From positions 32,001 to 96,000 of the forward strand of contig CBDBGZ010000007.1 in assembly GCA_965205425.1 (NCBI GenBank): a DNA stretch of 64,000 bases. Reading direction: 5' to 3'. Positions 53,222 through 62,824 of the stretch are shown here, piece by piece. Within the stretch, counting starts at the first letter, position 1; every line of letters begins with the position of its first letter. Source of the stretch: Nitrosopumilus sp. Lineage in GTDB: Archaea; Thermoproteota; Nitrososphaeria; Nitrososphaerales; Nitrosopumilaceae. Under the pieces are notes generated by a model that ran no database searches, was not told the origin of the DNA, and saw only the letters and a list, made by a program, of their open reading frames with translations. Both the position numbers and the translations under genes were made by a program.

Positions 53222-56200
53222 TTGTTGAATAGATTCAATCTTTCATTATTGTCTGTAATTTTGGTATTAGGTGTTGCATCTGTAGTTCCAATACAAGATG
53301 CATTTGCAGCTACTCCTGCACGTACTGTAGATACCGTATCTGATCCTTCAGATACTTTTAATATTGTATCTCTAACCGTTAGTGCACTTACCACAAGTGG
53401 TGCAGATGATATATTTGAAGAGATGAATCTTGATGAAAATGACCTTCTTTTCCCAAATGCTGTTTTATCTGATGATGATCATGAATTTTTGAAAAAGAAG
53501 CTACTGCATAGCTCTTGGGCAAACTCCAATACTATTGATTCACTGTACAATAATAATGATAATAATGAGAACCCTCTCAGTGAATCTGAGAAAAAGACAG
53601 TACATGAATTTCTTTTGGCGTTGCATGGGGATATCGATGTATTAAATGAACAGTCATATCCTACTGTAGGGGGATACTGGACTGTAGAGTTTGTTACAAA
53701 GGGAACTCATGACTTGATAGTCTCTGCAATTAATGCAACAAGCTTTGGAGCTGGATTGCCTGATGATGTAGAGTTTATCTCACTTTATGATTCTGATGGA
53801 AGTGAAATTGCACCTGAATTTATTTATGATGACTCTGGTTCTAATGCCTCTGTTGTATTTCCGGATTATTCAAACGATGATGTTGGCTCATTTAAGATGC
53901 TTGTACACACTCCTGGCAAACACCATCTAAAATTTGAGTTTGGTAATGATGTTGCATATGCAAACAACAATGCGTATCCGAATTCTACTATAGAAATAAA
54001 CGATTCTACTTTCAACGGCCCAGAACTCTCTAACTCTGATCAATTCGGTTCCTCCATTGTAAACATTGGTGACCTCAACGGTGACGGTACATCTGATATT
54101 GCAGTAGGTGCGCCAGGTGATGATGATGGAGGTGGTAGTAGTGGCGCCATACACATCTTGTTTATGAATGATGACGGCTCTGTAAGCCAAACCATAGAAA
54201 TAAACAGCTCTACTCAAAATGGCCCAGAACTATCTAATGGTGACTCCTTTGGCGCATCCATTACAAACATCGGTGACCTCAACGGCGATGGAGTACTAGA
54301 TATTGCAGTAGGTGCGCCAGGTGATGATGATGGAGGAACTAACAGAGGCGCTGTACACATCTTGTTTATGAATGATGACGGCTCTGTAACTAATACAATA
54401 GAAATAAACGATTCTACTCAAAATGGCCCAGAACTATCTAATGGTGACTCCTTTGGCGTATCCATTACAAACATCGGTGACCTCAACGGCGATGGAGTAC
54501 TAGATATCGCAGTAGGTGCAACATTCGATGATGATGGAGGAACTAACAGTGGCGCCATACACATCTTGTTTATGAATGATGACGGCTCTGTAACTAATAC
54601 AATAGAAATAAACGATTCTACTCAAAATGGCCCAGAGCTTGAAACTGCCGACCTCTTTGGTTCCTCCATTGCAAACATCGGTGACCTCAACGGCGATGGA
54701 GTACTAGATATTGCAGTAGGTGCGCAAAGTGATGATGATGGAGGAACTAACAGAGGCGCTGTACACATCTTGTTTATGAATGATGACGGCTCTGTAACTA
54801 ATACAATAGAAATAAACGATTCTACTCAAAATGGCCCAGAACTATCTAATGGTGACTTCTTTGGCTCCTCCATTGCAAACATTGGTGACCTCAACAATGA
54901 CGGTACACCTGATATTGCAGTAGATGCGCATGGTAATGATGATGGAGGAACTAACAGAGGCGCCATACACATCTTGTTTATGAATGATGACGGCTCTGTA
55001 AGCCAAACCATAGAAATAAACGACTCTACTGAACCTGGACCCCGCCTATCTGATAATGTTCTCTTTGGCTTCTCCATTGCAAACATTGGTGACCTCAACG
55101 GCGATGGAGTACTAGATATTGCAGTAGGTGCGCCAGATGATAGCACTGGAGGAACTAACAGAGGCGCCGTACACATCATTTATCTAAGTACTGCAGTTTC
55201 TCATAGTGGCACTATAGAACAAACCATAGAAATAAACGATTCTACTCCAAATGGCCCAGATCTATCTCAAAATGACATCTTTGGCGTATCCATTGTAAAC
55301 ATTGGTGACCTCAACGGTGACGGTACATCTGATATTGCAGTAGGTGCGCAAAGTGATGATGATGGAGGAACTAACAGAGGCGCCATACACATCTTGTTTA
55401 TGAATGATGACGGCTCTGTAACTAATACAATAGAAATAAACGATTCTACTCCAAATGGCCCAAGCCTAGATGATGGTGACAATTTTGGTTCCTCCATTAC
55501 AAACATTGGTGACCTCAACGGCGATGGAGTACTAGATATTGCAGTAGGTGCGCCAAATGATGACAACGGCGATACCTCCACTAATCCTGATTTTGGCGCC
55601 ATACACATCATGCTTATGAATGATGACGGCTCTGTAAGCCAAACCATAGAAATAAACGATTCTACTCAAAATGGCCCAGAGCTTGAAACTGCCGACCTCT
55701 TTGGCTCCTCCATTGTAAACATTGGTGACCTCAACGGCGATGGAGTACTAGATATTGCAGTAGGTGCAACAGGTGATGATGATGGAGGTGGTAGTAGTGG
55801 CGCCATACACATCATGCTTATGAATGATGACGGCTCTGTAAGCCAAACCATAGAAATAAACGATTCTACTCCAAATGGCCCAGAGCTTGAAACTGCCGAC
55901 CTCTTTGGCTCCTCCATTGTAAACATTGGTGACCTCAACGGCGATGGAGTACTAGATATTGCAGTAGGTGCAACAGGTGATGATGGTGGAGGAACTGACA
56001 GAGGCGCCATACACATCATGCTTATGAATGATGACGGCTCTGTAACTAATACAATAGAAATAAACGATTCTACTCCAAATGGCCCAAGCCTAGATGATGG
56101 TGACAATTTTGGTATCTCCATTGCAGGCATTGTTAATCTTGACAGTGACCGCGTATCACATATTGCAGTAGGTGCAAAATTTGGAGATGATGCGGGAAGA

Positions 56201-59200
56201 GGCAACATACACATCTTGTTTATGAATGATGACGGCTCTGTAAGCCAAACTAGAGAAATTAACAATTCAAACACTCCTAGCCTAGATATCACTGGCCCTA
56301 CCCTCTTTGGCCGCTCCATTGCACCCATTGGTGACCACAACGGCGATGGTACACCTGATATTGCAGTAGGTGAATCAAACCATTTCTCACCACACAATGG
56401 CGGCGTCATACACATTATTTATTTGGATAAAAGCGTGGTTGTAAATACGGTATCCTCCACTACTGCCGATGGCGAATATGATACTGGAGCTCTAGTCGAT
56501 ATTACCATAGTATTTTCTGAACCTGTCACTGTTACTGGAACTCCGCAAATCACACTAGAAACTGGTGATAATGACCGAACAGCTGACTATACATCTGGTA
56601 GCGGCACTGATACCTTGACATTCCAATATGCCGTACAGTCCGGTGACGTATCACCAGATCTTAATTATGTTGATGTAAATTCTCTAATGCTAAATGGTGG
56701 CACTATTACCTCAGTTGACTCTCAAAGTAACAGGGCAGTTTTAACGTTGCCTCCTCCAGATCTTGTTTTAAAAGTTACTCCTGAAAATGCATTTGGTTCT
56801 TTGGGAAATTTCAAGGATCTTGCCATTATCAGTGGCGCACCTCCAACCTTTGAATCAGCTACACTGCAAGAGGACATAGGTTTACTCTCTGTAACTTTCT
56901 CAAAGGAGCTAGACTCAGACTCCGATACTGTTGCATTGGATGGATTTACAATAACTGATGATTTGCCTGAAGGTATTGAGGTACGCCTGTCTGTATTCCT
57001 TGATGGTGCAACACATGCCATTGACCCTGGCTCTCCTAATACCATTGCAATAACTCTAACTGAGATGCAGCGACAGCAAGTAGTAGCTTATACCAGTACT
57101 AATACTGGTAGTAACTTGCATCTGGACATTGCAGCAGGTGCCATACAGGACACTTTAGAAAATGACATTGCAGCTTCTGAGGATAATCCCATTACAAGTA
57201 TAAGTGACGCTGTGGCACCAACCTTTGTCTCAGGTATGATACAAGAGGGCACAGGCGTCCTCTCTGTAACCTTCTCAGAGGCAATTGACCCTAGTAATAT
57301 CATGGTGGATAGCTTTACAATAACTGATACTATAACCAGCAACGCATTACCGCCAGTATCCCTTGCAGGTCTAGCGCCCGCCATTGATTCTGGCTCTCCT
57401 GACACCATTAAAATAACCCTGACTGAGGCACAGCGACAGCAAGTAATAGGCTACACCGGCACTAATGATGAATTGCATCTTGACATTGCAGCAGGTGCCG
57501 TACGAGACATTGCACAAAATAACATTGCATCCTCTGTGGATAACGAGATTACAATGGTTGATGATACAATTCAGCCAACCTTTGTCTCAGGTATGATACA
57601 AGAGGGCACAGGCGTCCTCTCTGTAACCTTCTCAGAGACAATTGACCCTAGTAATATCATGGTGGATAGCTTTACAATAACTGATACCATATCTAGCAAC
57701 GCATTACCACCAGTATCCCTTGCAGGTCTAGCGCCCGCCATTGATTCTGGCTCTCCTGACACCATTAAAATAACCCTGACTGAGGCACAGCGACAGCAAG
57801 TAATAGGCTACACCGGCACTAATGATGAATTGCATCTTGACATTGCAGCAGGTGCCGTACGAGACACTGCACAAAATGACATTGAAGCTTCTGAGGATAA
57901 TCCCATTACAAGTATAAGTGACGCTGTGGCACCAACCTTTGTCTCAGGTATGATACAAGAGGGCACAGGCGTCCTCTCTGTAACCTTCTCAGAGGCAATT
58001 GACCCTAGTAATATCATGGTGGATAGCTTTACAATAACTGATACCATATCTAGCAACGCATTACCACCAGTATCCCTTGCAGGTCTAGCGCCCGCCATTG
58101 ATTCTGGCTCTCCTGACACCATTAAAATAACCCTGACTGAGGCACAGCGACAGCAAGTAATAGGCTACACCGGCACTAATGATGAATTGCATCTTGACAT
58201 TGCAGCAGGTGCCGTACGAGACATTGCACAAAATAACATTGCATCCTCTGTGGATAACGAGATTACAATGGTTGATGATACAATTCAGCCAACCTTTGTC
58301 TCAGGTATGATACAAGAGGGCACAGGCGTCCTCTCTGTAACCTTCTCAGAGGCAATTGACCCTAGTAATATCATGGTGGATAGCTTTACAATAACTGATA
58401 CCATATCTAGCAACGCATTACCACCAGTATCCCTTGCAGGTCTAGCGCCCGCCATTGATTCTGGCTCTCCTGACACCATTAAAATAACCCTGACTGAGGC
58501 ACAGCGACAGCAAGTAATAGGCTACACCGGCACTAATGATGAATTGCATCTTGACATTGCAGCAGGTGCCGTACGAGACACTGCACAAAATGACATTGCA
58601 TCCTCTGTGGATAACGAGATTACAATGGTTGATGATACAATTCTGCCAACCTTTGACTCTGGTGTGATAGACGTGGGTACAGGCATCCTCTCTGTAACCT
58701 TCTCAGAGACAATTGACCCTAGTCATATCACAGTTGGCGGATTTACAATATCTGATATCATAGATAACAGCCTGTCCGTATCCCTTGCAGGTGCAACGCC
58801 CGCCGTTGACCCTGGTTCCCCTGATACCATTACAATAACTCTGACTGGGCAACAGTATGAAGAAATAATATCTTATATCCGTAATAGTAATAATGATGAA
58901 TTGCATCTTGACATTGCAGCAGGTGCCGTACGAGACACTGCACAAAATGACATTGAAGCTTCTGAAGATAACCCCATTACTCGTACTGGTACTCTTCCCA
59001 GAATACCCTCTGGCGGTGGTAGCAGCGGTGATAATACCCCTCCATCTGTTTATGTTGGATTTGATTCAGATGAATTCCCATTAAAGTATGACGGGGTAAA
59101 CTATCAATCCCACCAATTTGAAACCATTCATACTGCAATGATTGAAACTGGAGAAGAGTTTGAAACAACTTTGACACTTTATGACAATAGTGGTCCAAGA

Positions 59201-60562
59201 AACATACAACATGTTGAAATGTATGTAAATCAGTTTGGCCCACAAATACTAAATGATTTAACTGAAACTATTGTAATTTATGATGAACAGTCAGGATTAG
59301 AAATAATTGATCCATATGATTTGATAACAACTGCTAATGTAATCCCATCCATATCTGGAAACAAGGCCGTATATGAGATTATGATAGTCTTTGAAGATGA
59401 GATTCCTCAATCTGATATAATATTGCGAGTTTGGGATACTCAACGAAATCAAGCGAAATTCCATTTACATGATACACTAATTGTTGAACTATCTAATCGG
59501 CCAAGTGGTATCATTTCATCTGAATCTACATCCGGATCCTCTGAATCTACATCCGGATCCTCTGAATCTGCATCCCAATCATCTGGATCAACTACATCTG
59601 AATCTGCATCTGAATCTGCATCTGAATCTACATCTGAATCTGCATCTGAATCTGCATCCCAAACAACTACCTCTAGCACTGAATCTGTAATTGTAACTGA
59701 TAATTGGACTGATACACAACTATCTGTTCTAAAGAAGTGGGGTGGATTTGATACTGAAACTGCATCTGATGCTGATGTGCTGTCTGAATTTGGAGTAAAG
59801 GGTGTAAAAATCCCAGCATATGTATCTGATGTAACTAAATGGATCTTAAATGACGAAATTACTCCCAAAGAGTTTGTTAATCTGTTACAGTATCTAAAGA
59901 GTATGGGTATGTTATCTGACGTTGATCAGACTGGCTCTTTCCCTGTAAATACTCAAGATGATCTTGAAGAATTTGTTGCAGATTCCTCACTCATGGATGA
60001 ACGACTCAAGTTTGAGTTTGATGAATCTACACTTAACTCCAAAGCTGATCTTGGTGATTTAGAAGACAAACTTAGAATTCTAAGAGCACTTGGAAATAAT
60101 GAAATCATTCAGTCTGAACTTGAAAATTCTAATGCCGAGTTTGATGCATTAGATGATGCTGACTATGTAATTGACCAAAGAAACTCTGCATGGCTACGTA
60201 ACCCTTCTACTGTAACTCCATTTATGGAAAGTTTGATGACTAATGATTCTGCTTTAATTGCAAAGGCCATAATTGAAAATGATGTTGATTCTATCGTACC
60301 CATAACTTCTATTGTAATCACAAACGCATATGGCGTGAATATTGTAATCACTGAAAAAACTCATGATTACAAACAAAGTGATGAACAGTGGTGGGGTGAA
60401 ACAAAATCTGATGGTGCTTACATAATGTCTGGCTCTGGCAGTGAAGAATATGGTGGATTGTACACTTCTGAGGCCTCTACTGTCATTACTGATAGCCAAG
60501 GAGACTTTATTGGAATAATAAAAGCAACTGTTAACTTTGAAAAGGCTCTTCTTTCAAATTAA
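53222..60562 (+). CDS. 2446-aa secreted FG-GAP (integrin-alpha-like) repeat surface protein
   Basis: Signal peptide ending DAFA; 12 repeats with FG..I.NIGDLNGDG..DIAVGA; 119-aa repeats; Ser/Glu linker; Cache-like C-terminus. Confidence 0.9.
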   Translation: MLNRFNLSLLSVILVLGVASVVPIQDAFAATPARTVDTVSDPSDTFNIVSLTVSALTTSGADDIFEEMNLDENDLLFPNAVLSDDDHEFLKKKLLHSSWANSNTIDSLYNNNDNNENPLSESEKKTVHEFLLALHGDIDVLNEQSYPTVGGYWTVEFVTKGTHDLIVSAINATSFGAGLPDDVEFISLYDSDGSEIAPEFIYDDSGSNASVVFPDYSNDDVGSFKMLVHTPGKHHLKFEFGNDVAYANNNAYPNSTIEINDSTFNGPELSNSDQFGSSIVNIGDLNGDGTSDIAVGAPGDDDGGGSSGAIHILFMNDDGSVSQTIEINSSTQNGPELSNGDSFGASITNIGDLNGDGVLDIAVGAPGDDDGGTNRGAVHILFMNDDGSVTNTIEINDSTQNGPELSNGDSFGVSITNIGDLNGDGVLDIAVGATFDDDGGTNSGAIHILFMNDDGSVTNTIEINDSTQNGPELETADLFGSSIANIGDLNGDGVLDIAVGAQSDDDGGTNRGAVHILFMNDDGSVTNTIEINDSTQNGPELSNGDFFGSSIANIGDLNNDGTPDIAVDAHGNDDGGTNRGAIHILFMNDDGSVSQTIEINDSTEPGPRLSDNVLFGFSIANIGDLNGDGVLDIAVGAPDDSTGGTNRGAVHIIYLSTAVSHSGTIEQTIEINDSTPNGPDLSQNDIFGVSIVNIGDLNGDGTSDIAVGAQSDDDGGTNRGAIHILFMNDDGSVTNTIEINDSTPNGPSLDDGDNFGSSITNIGDLNGDGVLDIAVGAPNDDNGDTSTNPDFGAIHIMLMNDDGSVSQTIEINDSTQNGPELETADLFGSSIVNIGDLNGDGVLDIAVGATGDDDGGGSSGAIHIMLMNDDGSVSQTIEINDSTPNGPELETADLFGSSIVNIGDLNGDGVLDIAVGATGDDGGGTDRGAIHIMLMNDDGSVTNTIEINDSTPNGPSLDDGDNFGISIAGIVNLDSDRVSHIAVGAKFGDDAGRGNIHILFMNDDGSVSQTREINNSNTPSLDITGPTLFGRSIAPIGDHNGDGTPDIAVGESNHFSPHNGGVIHIIYLDKSVVVNTVSSTTADGEYDTGALVDITIVFSEPVTVTGTPQITLETGDNDRTADYTSGSGTDTLTFQYAVQSGDVSPDLNYVDVNSLMLNGGTITSVDSQSNRAVLTLPPPDLVLKVTPENAFGSLGNFKDLAIISGAPPTFESATLQEDIGLLSVTFSKELDSDSDTVALDGFTITDDLPEGIEVRLSVFLDGATHAIDPGSPNTIAITLTEMQRQQVVAYTSTNTGSNLHLDIAAGAIQDTLENDIAASEDNPITSISDAVAPTFVSGMIQEGTGVLSVTFSEAIDPSNIMVDSFTITDTITSNALPPVSLAGLAPAIDSGSPDTIKITLTEAQRQQVIGYTGTNDELHLDIAAGAVRDIAQNNIASSVDNEITMVDDTIQPTFVSGMIQEGTGVLSVTFSETIDPSNIMVDSFTITDTISSNALPPVSLAGLAPAIDSGSPDTIKITLTEAQRQQVIGYTGTNDELHLDIAAGAVRDTAQNDIEASEDNPITSISDAVAPTFVSGMIQEGTGVLSVTFSEAIDPSNIMVDSFTITDTISSNALPPVSLAGLAPAIDSGSPDTIKITLTEAQRQQVIGYTGTNDELHLDIAAGAVRDIAQNNIASSVDNEITMVDDTIQPTFVSGMIQEGTGVLSVTFSEAIDPSNIMVDSFTITDTISSNALPPVSLAGLAPAIDSGSPDTIKITLTEAQRQQVIGYTGTNDELHLDIAAGAVRDTAQNDIASSVDNEITMVDDTILPTFDSGVIDVGTGILSVTFSETIDPSHITVGGFTISDIIDNSLSVSLAGATPAVDPGSPDTITITLTGQQYEEIISYIRNSNNDELHLDIAAGAVRDTAQNDIEASEDNPITRTGTLPRIPSGGGSSGDNTPPSVYVGFDSDEFPLKYDGVNYQSHQFETIHTAMIETGEEFETTLTLYDNSGPRNIQHVEMYVNQFGPQILNDLTETIVIYDEQSGLEIIDPYDLITTANVIPSISGNKAVYEIMIVFEDEIPQSDIILRVWDTQRNQAKFHLHDTLIVELSNRPSGIISSESTSGSSESTSGSSESASQSSGSTTSESASESASESTSESASESASQTTTSSTESVIVTDNWTDTQLSVLKKWGGFDTETASDADVLSEFGVKGVKIPAYVSDVTKWILNDEITPKEFVNLLQYLKSMGMLSDVDQTGSFPVNTQDDLEEFVADSSLMDERLKFEFDESTLNSKADLGDLEDKLRILRALGNNEIIQSELENSNAEFDALDDADYVIDQRNSAWLRNPSTVTPFMESLMTNDSALIAKAIIENDVDSIVPITSIVITNAYGVNIVITEKTHDYKQSDEQWWGETKSDGAYIMSGSGSEEYGGLYTSEASTVITDSQGDFIGIIKATVNFEKALLSN
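53987..56425 (+). repeat. 12 FG-GAP repeats, mostly 204 bp (68 aa)
   Basis: atagaaataaac recurs at 53990, 54194, 54398, 54602, 54806, 55010 and onward. Confidence 0.92.
57218..58645 (+). repeat. Four near-identical 357-bp (119-aa) tandem units, plus diverged flanking units
   Basis: ccaacctttgtctcaggtatgata at 57218, 57575, 57932 and 58289. Confidence 0.95.
59519..59658 (+). repeat. 12/21-bp low-complexity repeats encoding an SESA/SESTSGS linker
   Basis: tctgaatct(g/a)ca arrays. Confidence 0.85.
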
Positions 60563-60595
60563 TTTTAATATTATCTTACCTGTCTAAGTAATTAC

Positions 60596-62713
60596 ATGGA
60601 TAATCCATCTTCAAAATTCTGGCTGTTTCTTGTTTTTGGTTTATTTCTTGTTTTAGTTGGTGCTATTTCAGATGATGTTCTTGCTGCAGAAAAAACAATC
60701 ACCTCAAAAAGTATATCCTATGAGACTACAGCAATAATTGAATTTACCAATAATGGTGAAGATGACATACACACAATAGTTATCTCAGTTAGTGATACTG
60801 TATTTACCTCGTTTAAGCCCCAAAATGATTGGACATCTCCTATAGCTTCTGCAAAATCAATAACTTTTGTGACTTTTGATCCACTAAAAAATAATGAAAC
60901 TGTCAAGTTTGGCATAAAAACTGAGACAGTAAATCCATTTCTCCAATGGAAGGCATTTGATAAAGACAAAATTTTGTTAGAGACTGGTATTGCATTGTCT
61001 GAAGACATTCCCTCTTTTCTAAATCCAATCAAACAAAAATCTGCTGATGATCCTGTAATTCTTTCTAATTCTACTTTTAAAATTGTCCCGGCTAATCCTT
61101 ATCCTGGTGCCACTATTCGTGTAACTGGTGATGATTTTGCCCCCAATTCGAGTTTAACTTTATTTTCAGTTGGGGAAAGATCCAAATCTTTTGTAACTGA
61201 CGAAAATGGATTTTTTATGTTTACTATGAAAATCCCTGAAGATCAAAAACCAGAAAAAGTAAATTTCATTTTAAAAGATGATCTAAGAACTCAAAAAACA
61301 CTTGGTGTTTTAATATCTAAAATAGAATCAGAACCTTTGCGTAATTTTGAATTTGTTGTTTCTGATATTGAAAGCAAATTTGATAGGAACGAATCTGTTG
61401 AATTTTCAGGAATTGCAAATCCTGATTCCCCTGTTCTGATAAAAATTATGGATTCTGAAAATAATCCTTTTTCAACTGACGTACAAAATCCTGATTCTAA
61501 TGGTGATTGGTCTGCAGAATTCTCTTTTTTACCTACTACACCTACAGGAATATATTCTGCTGAAATCACTGATGGAGAAAACACTATCACAAAATATTGG
61601 AATCTTGTCACATCTAAACAATTACAGGTTGTTGCAACAAAACCTTTGTTTAAATCTGATGAGTTTATGACATTTCGTGGAACAGCTGTACCAAATGAAC
61701 CAATCTATTTGACTTTAGTTGATCCTCAAGGAAATTCTGTTTTATCTCAAAACTTTATTGTGCACACATCTGGTTTTTTTGAAATTAAATATCCTACAAC
61801 TTCTCTAAATCTGGATGGGACCTATGTTTTTTATGCATTTCAAAATTCTGAAACTGATTTTATTTTTGTAGGTCTAAATGATTATCCACAAAAAATTATC
61901 TCTGCGCAACTAAATAATGTAAATTATGTTAATGATGATGTAGCGATACTTGGAATAACTGGTGATAATTTTCAAGATTTGACTTTGTCAATCATTGATG
62001 CAAATGATCGTGAACAATTTACCGATAAAATAGAACTTGATCCTAATGGTAAAAGAAACTATTCTCTAAATCTATCTTCCTTTTCTCCAGGATTGTACAC
62101 TGCATTAGTTTCTATGGCTAGCTTACAGGCTTCTGATGAATTTACTGTGGACCTGAAATCCAGTCACATTCCCATTAATTTAAGCATGGTAAAAACAATG
62201 TATTATCCTGGAGATTTCATATCTGTTACAGGTACTTCTCAACCTCTTACAAAAATTCATTTATTTTTAGTTGATCCTGATGGTGCAATAATTAATGAAA
62301 AAGATACGTTTATTGATGAAAATGGAAATATGATTACTACTCATTTTTTGATTCCCTATGATGAGTTATTTGGAAAATGGATTATTACAGTTGAAAGCGG
62401 TCTAAATTCTGAGAATTTTGAATTTCAAGTTAATTCTTTAGATGATGAAGGATTTGTTATACGTGTAACTGACATAATTTCTTCAGCTGTTGGAAAATTC
62501 GTTATAATAGAAGGTGTGGTACCTGAAGAACAAACTGTTCGTATTACTATTGATGATCCTGATGGTATTACTGTATATGAAACAACTATTGACACTACAG
62601 ATACTGGGGAATTTGATTTGTTATGGACTGCTCCTTCTGATGCTGTTGGTACTTATTCTGTAACTGTTACAGATATCTATACAAAAGCAATTAGTACTGT
62701 AATCGAGTTTTAA
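60596..62713 (+). CDS. Secreted multi-Ig-like-domain surface protein
   Basis: Signal peptide; repeated beta-rich modules (DP.G...G.F...P....G.Y). Confidence 0.7.
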   Translation: MDNPSSKFWLFLVFGLFLVLVGAISDDVLAAEKTITSKSISYETTAIIEFTNNGEDDIHTIVISVSDTVFTSFKPQNDWTSPIASAKSITFVTFDPLKNNETVKFGIKTETVNPFLQWKAFDKDKILLETGIALSEDIPSFLNPIKQKSADDPVILSNSTFKIVPANPYPGATIRVTGDDFAPNSSLTLFSVGERSKSFVTDENGFFMFTMKIPEDQKPEKVNFILKDDLRTQKTLGVLISKIESEPLRNFEFVVSDIESKFDRNESVEFSGIANPDSPVLIKIMDSENNPFSTDVQNPDSNGDWSAEFSFLPTTPTGIYSAEITDGENTITKYWNLVTSKQLQVVATKPLFKSDEFMTFRGTAVPNEPIYLTLVDPQGNSVLSQNFIVHTSGFFEIKYPTTSLNLDGTYVFYAFQNSETDFIFVGLNDYPQKIISAQLNNVNYVNDDVAILGITGDNFQDLTLSIIDANDREQFTDKIELDPNGKRNYSLNLSSFSPGLYTALVSMASLQASDEFTVDLKSSHIPINLSMVKTMYYPGDFISVTGTSQPLTKIHLFLVDPDGAIINEKDTFIDENGNMITTHFLIPYDELFGKWIITVESGLNSENFEFQVNSLDDEGFVIRVTDIISSAVGKFVIIEGVVPEEQTVRITIDDPDGITVYETTIDTTDTGEFDLLWTAPSDAVGTYSVTVTDIYTKAISTVIEF

Positions 62714-62824
62714 TTTTATATGAAGTAACCTTTGCCAACTATTTGTAAATTTAAATTAGTTTGATTTATGGTTTGTATTGTTCAAACTTTTAATTTATAT
62801 CAAATCCATTTTCTTTCATTCTTA

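Noticed and set aside
53987..58645. Regular repeats as a CRISPR array or DGR template/variable pair
   Set aside because: Units are in-frame multiples of 3 within one ORF, differences are not adenine-specific, and no reverse transcriptase or cas gene is in the window.
54826..59868. Many antisense ORFs here and opposite core genes (e.g. 2239-2787, 45019-45507)
   Set aside because: Shadows of real genes on the other strand, with no independent motifs.
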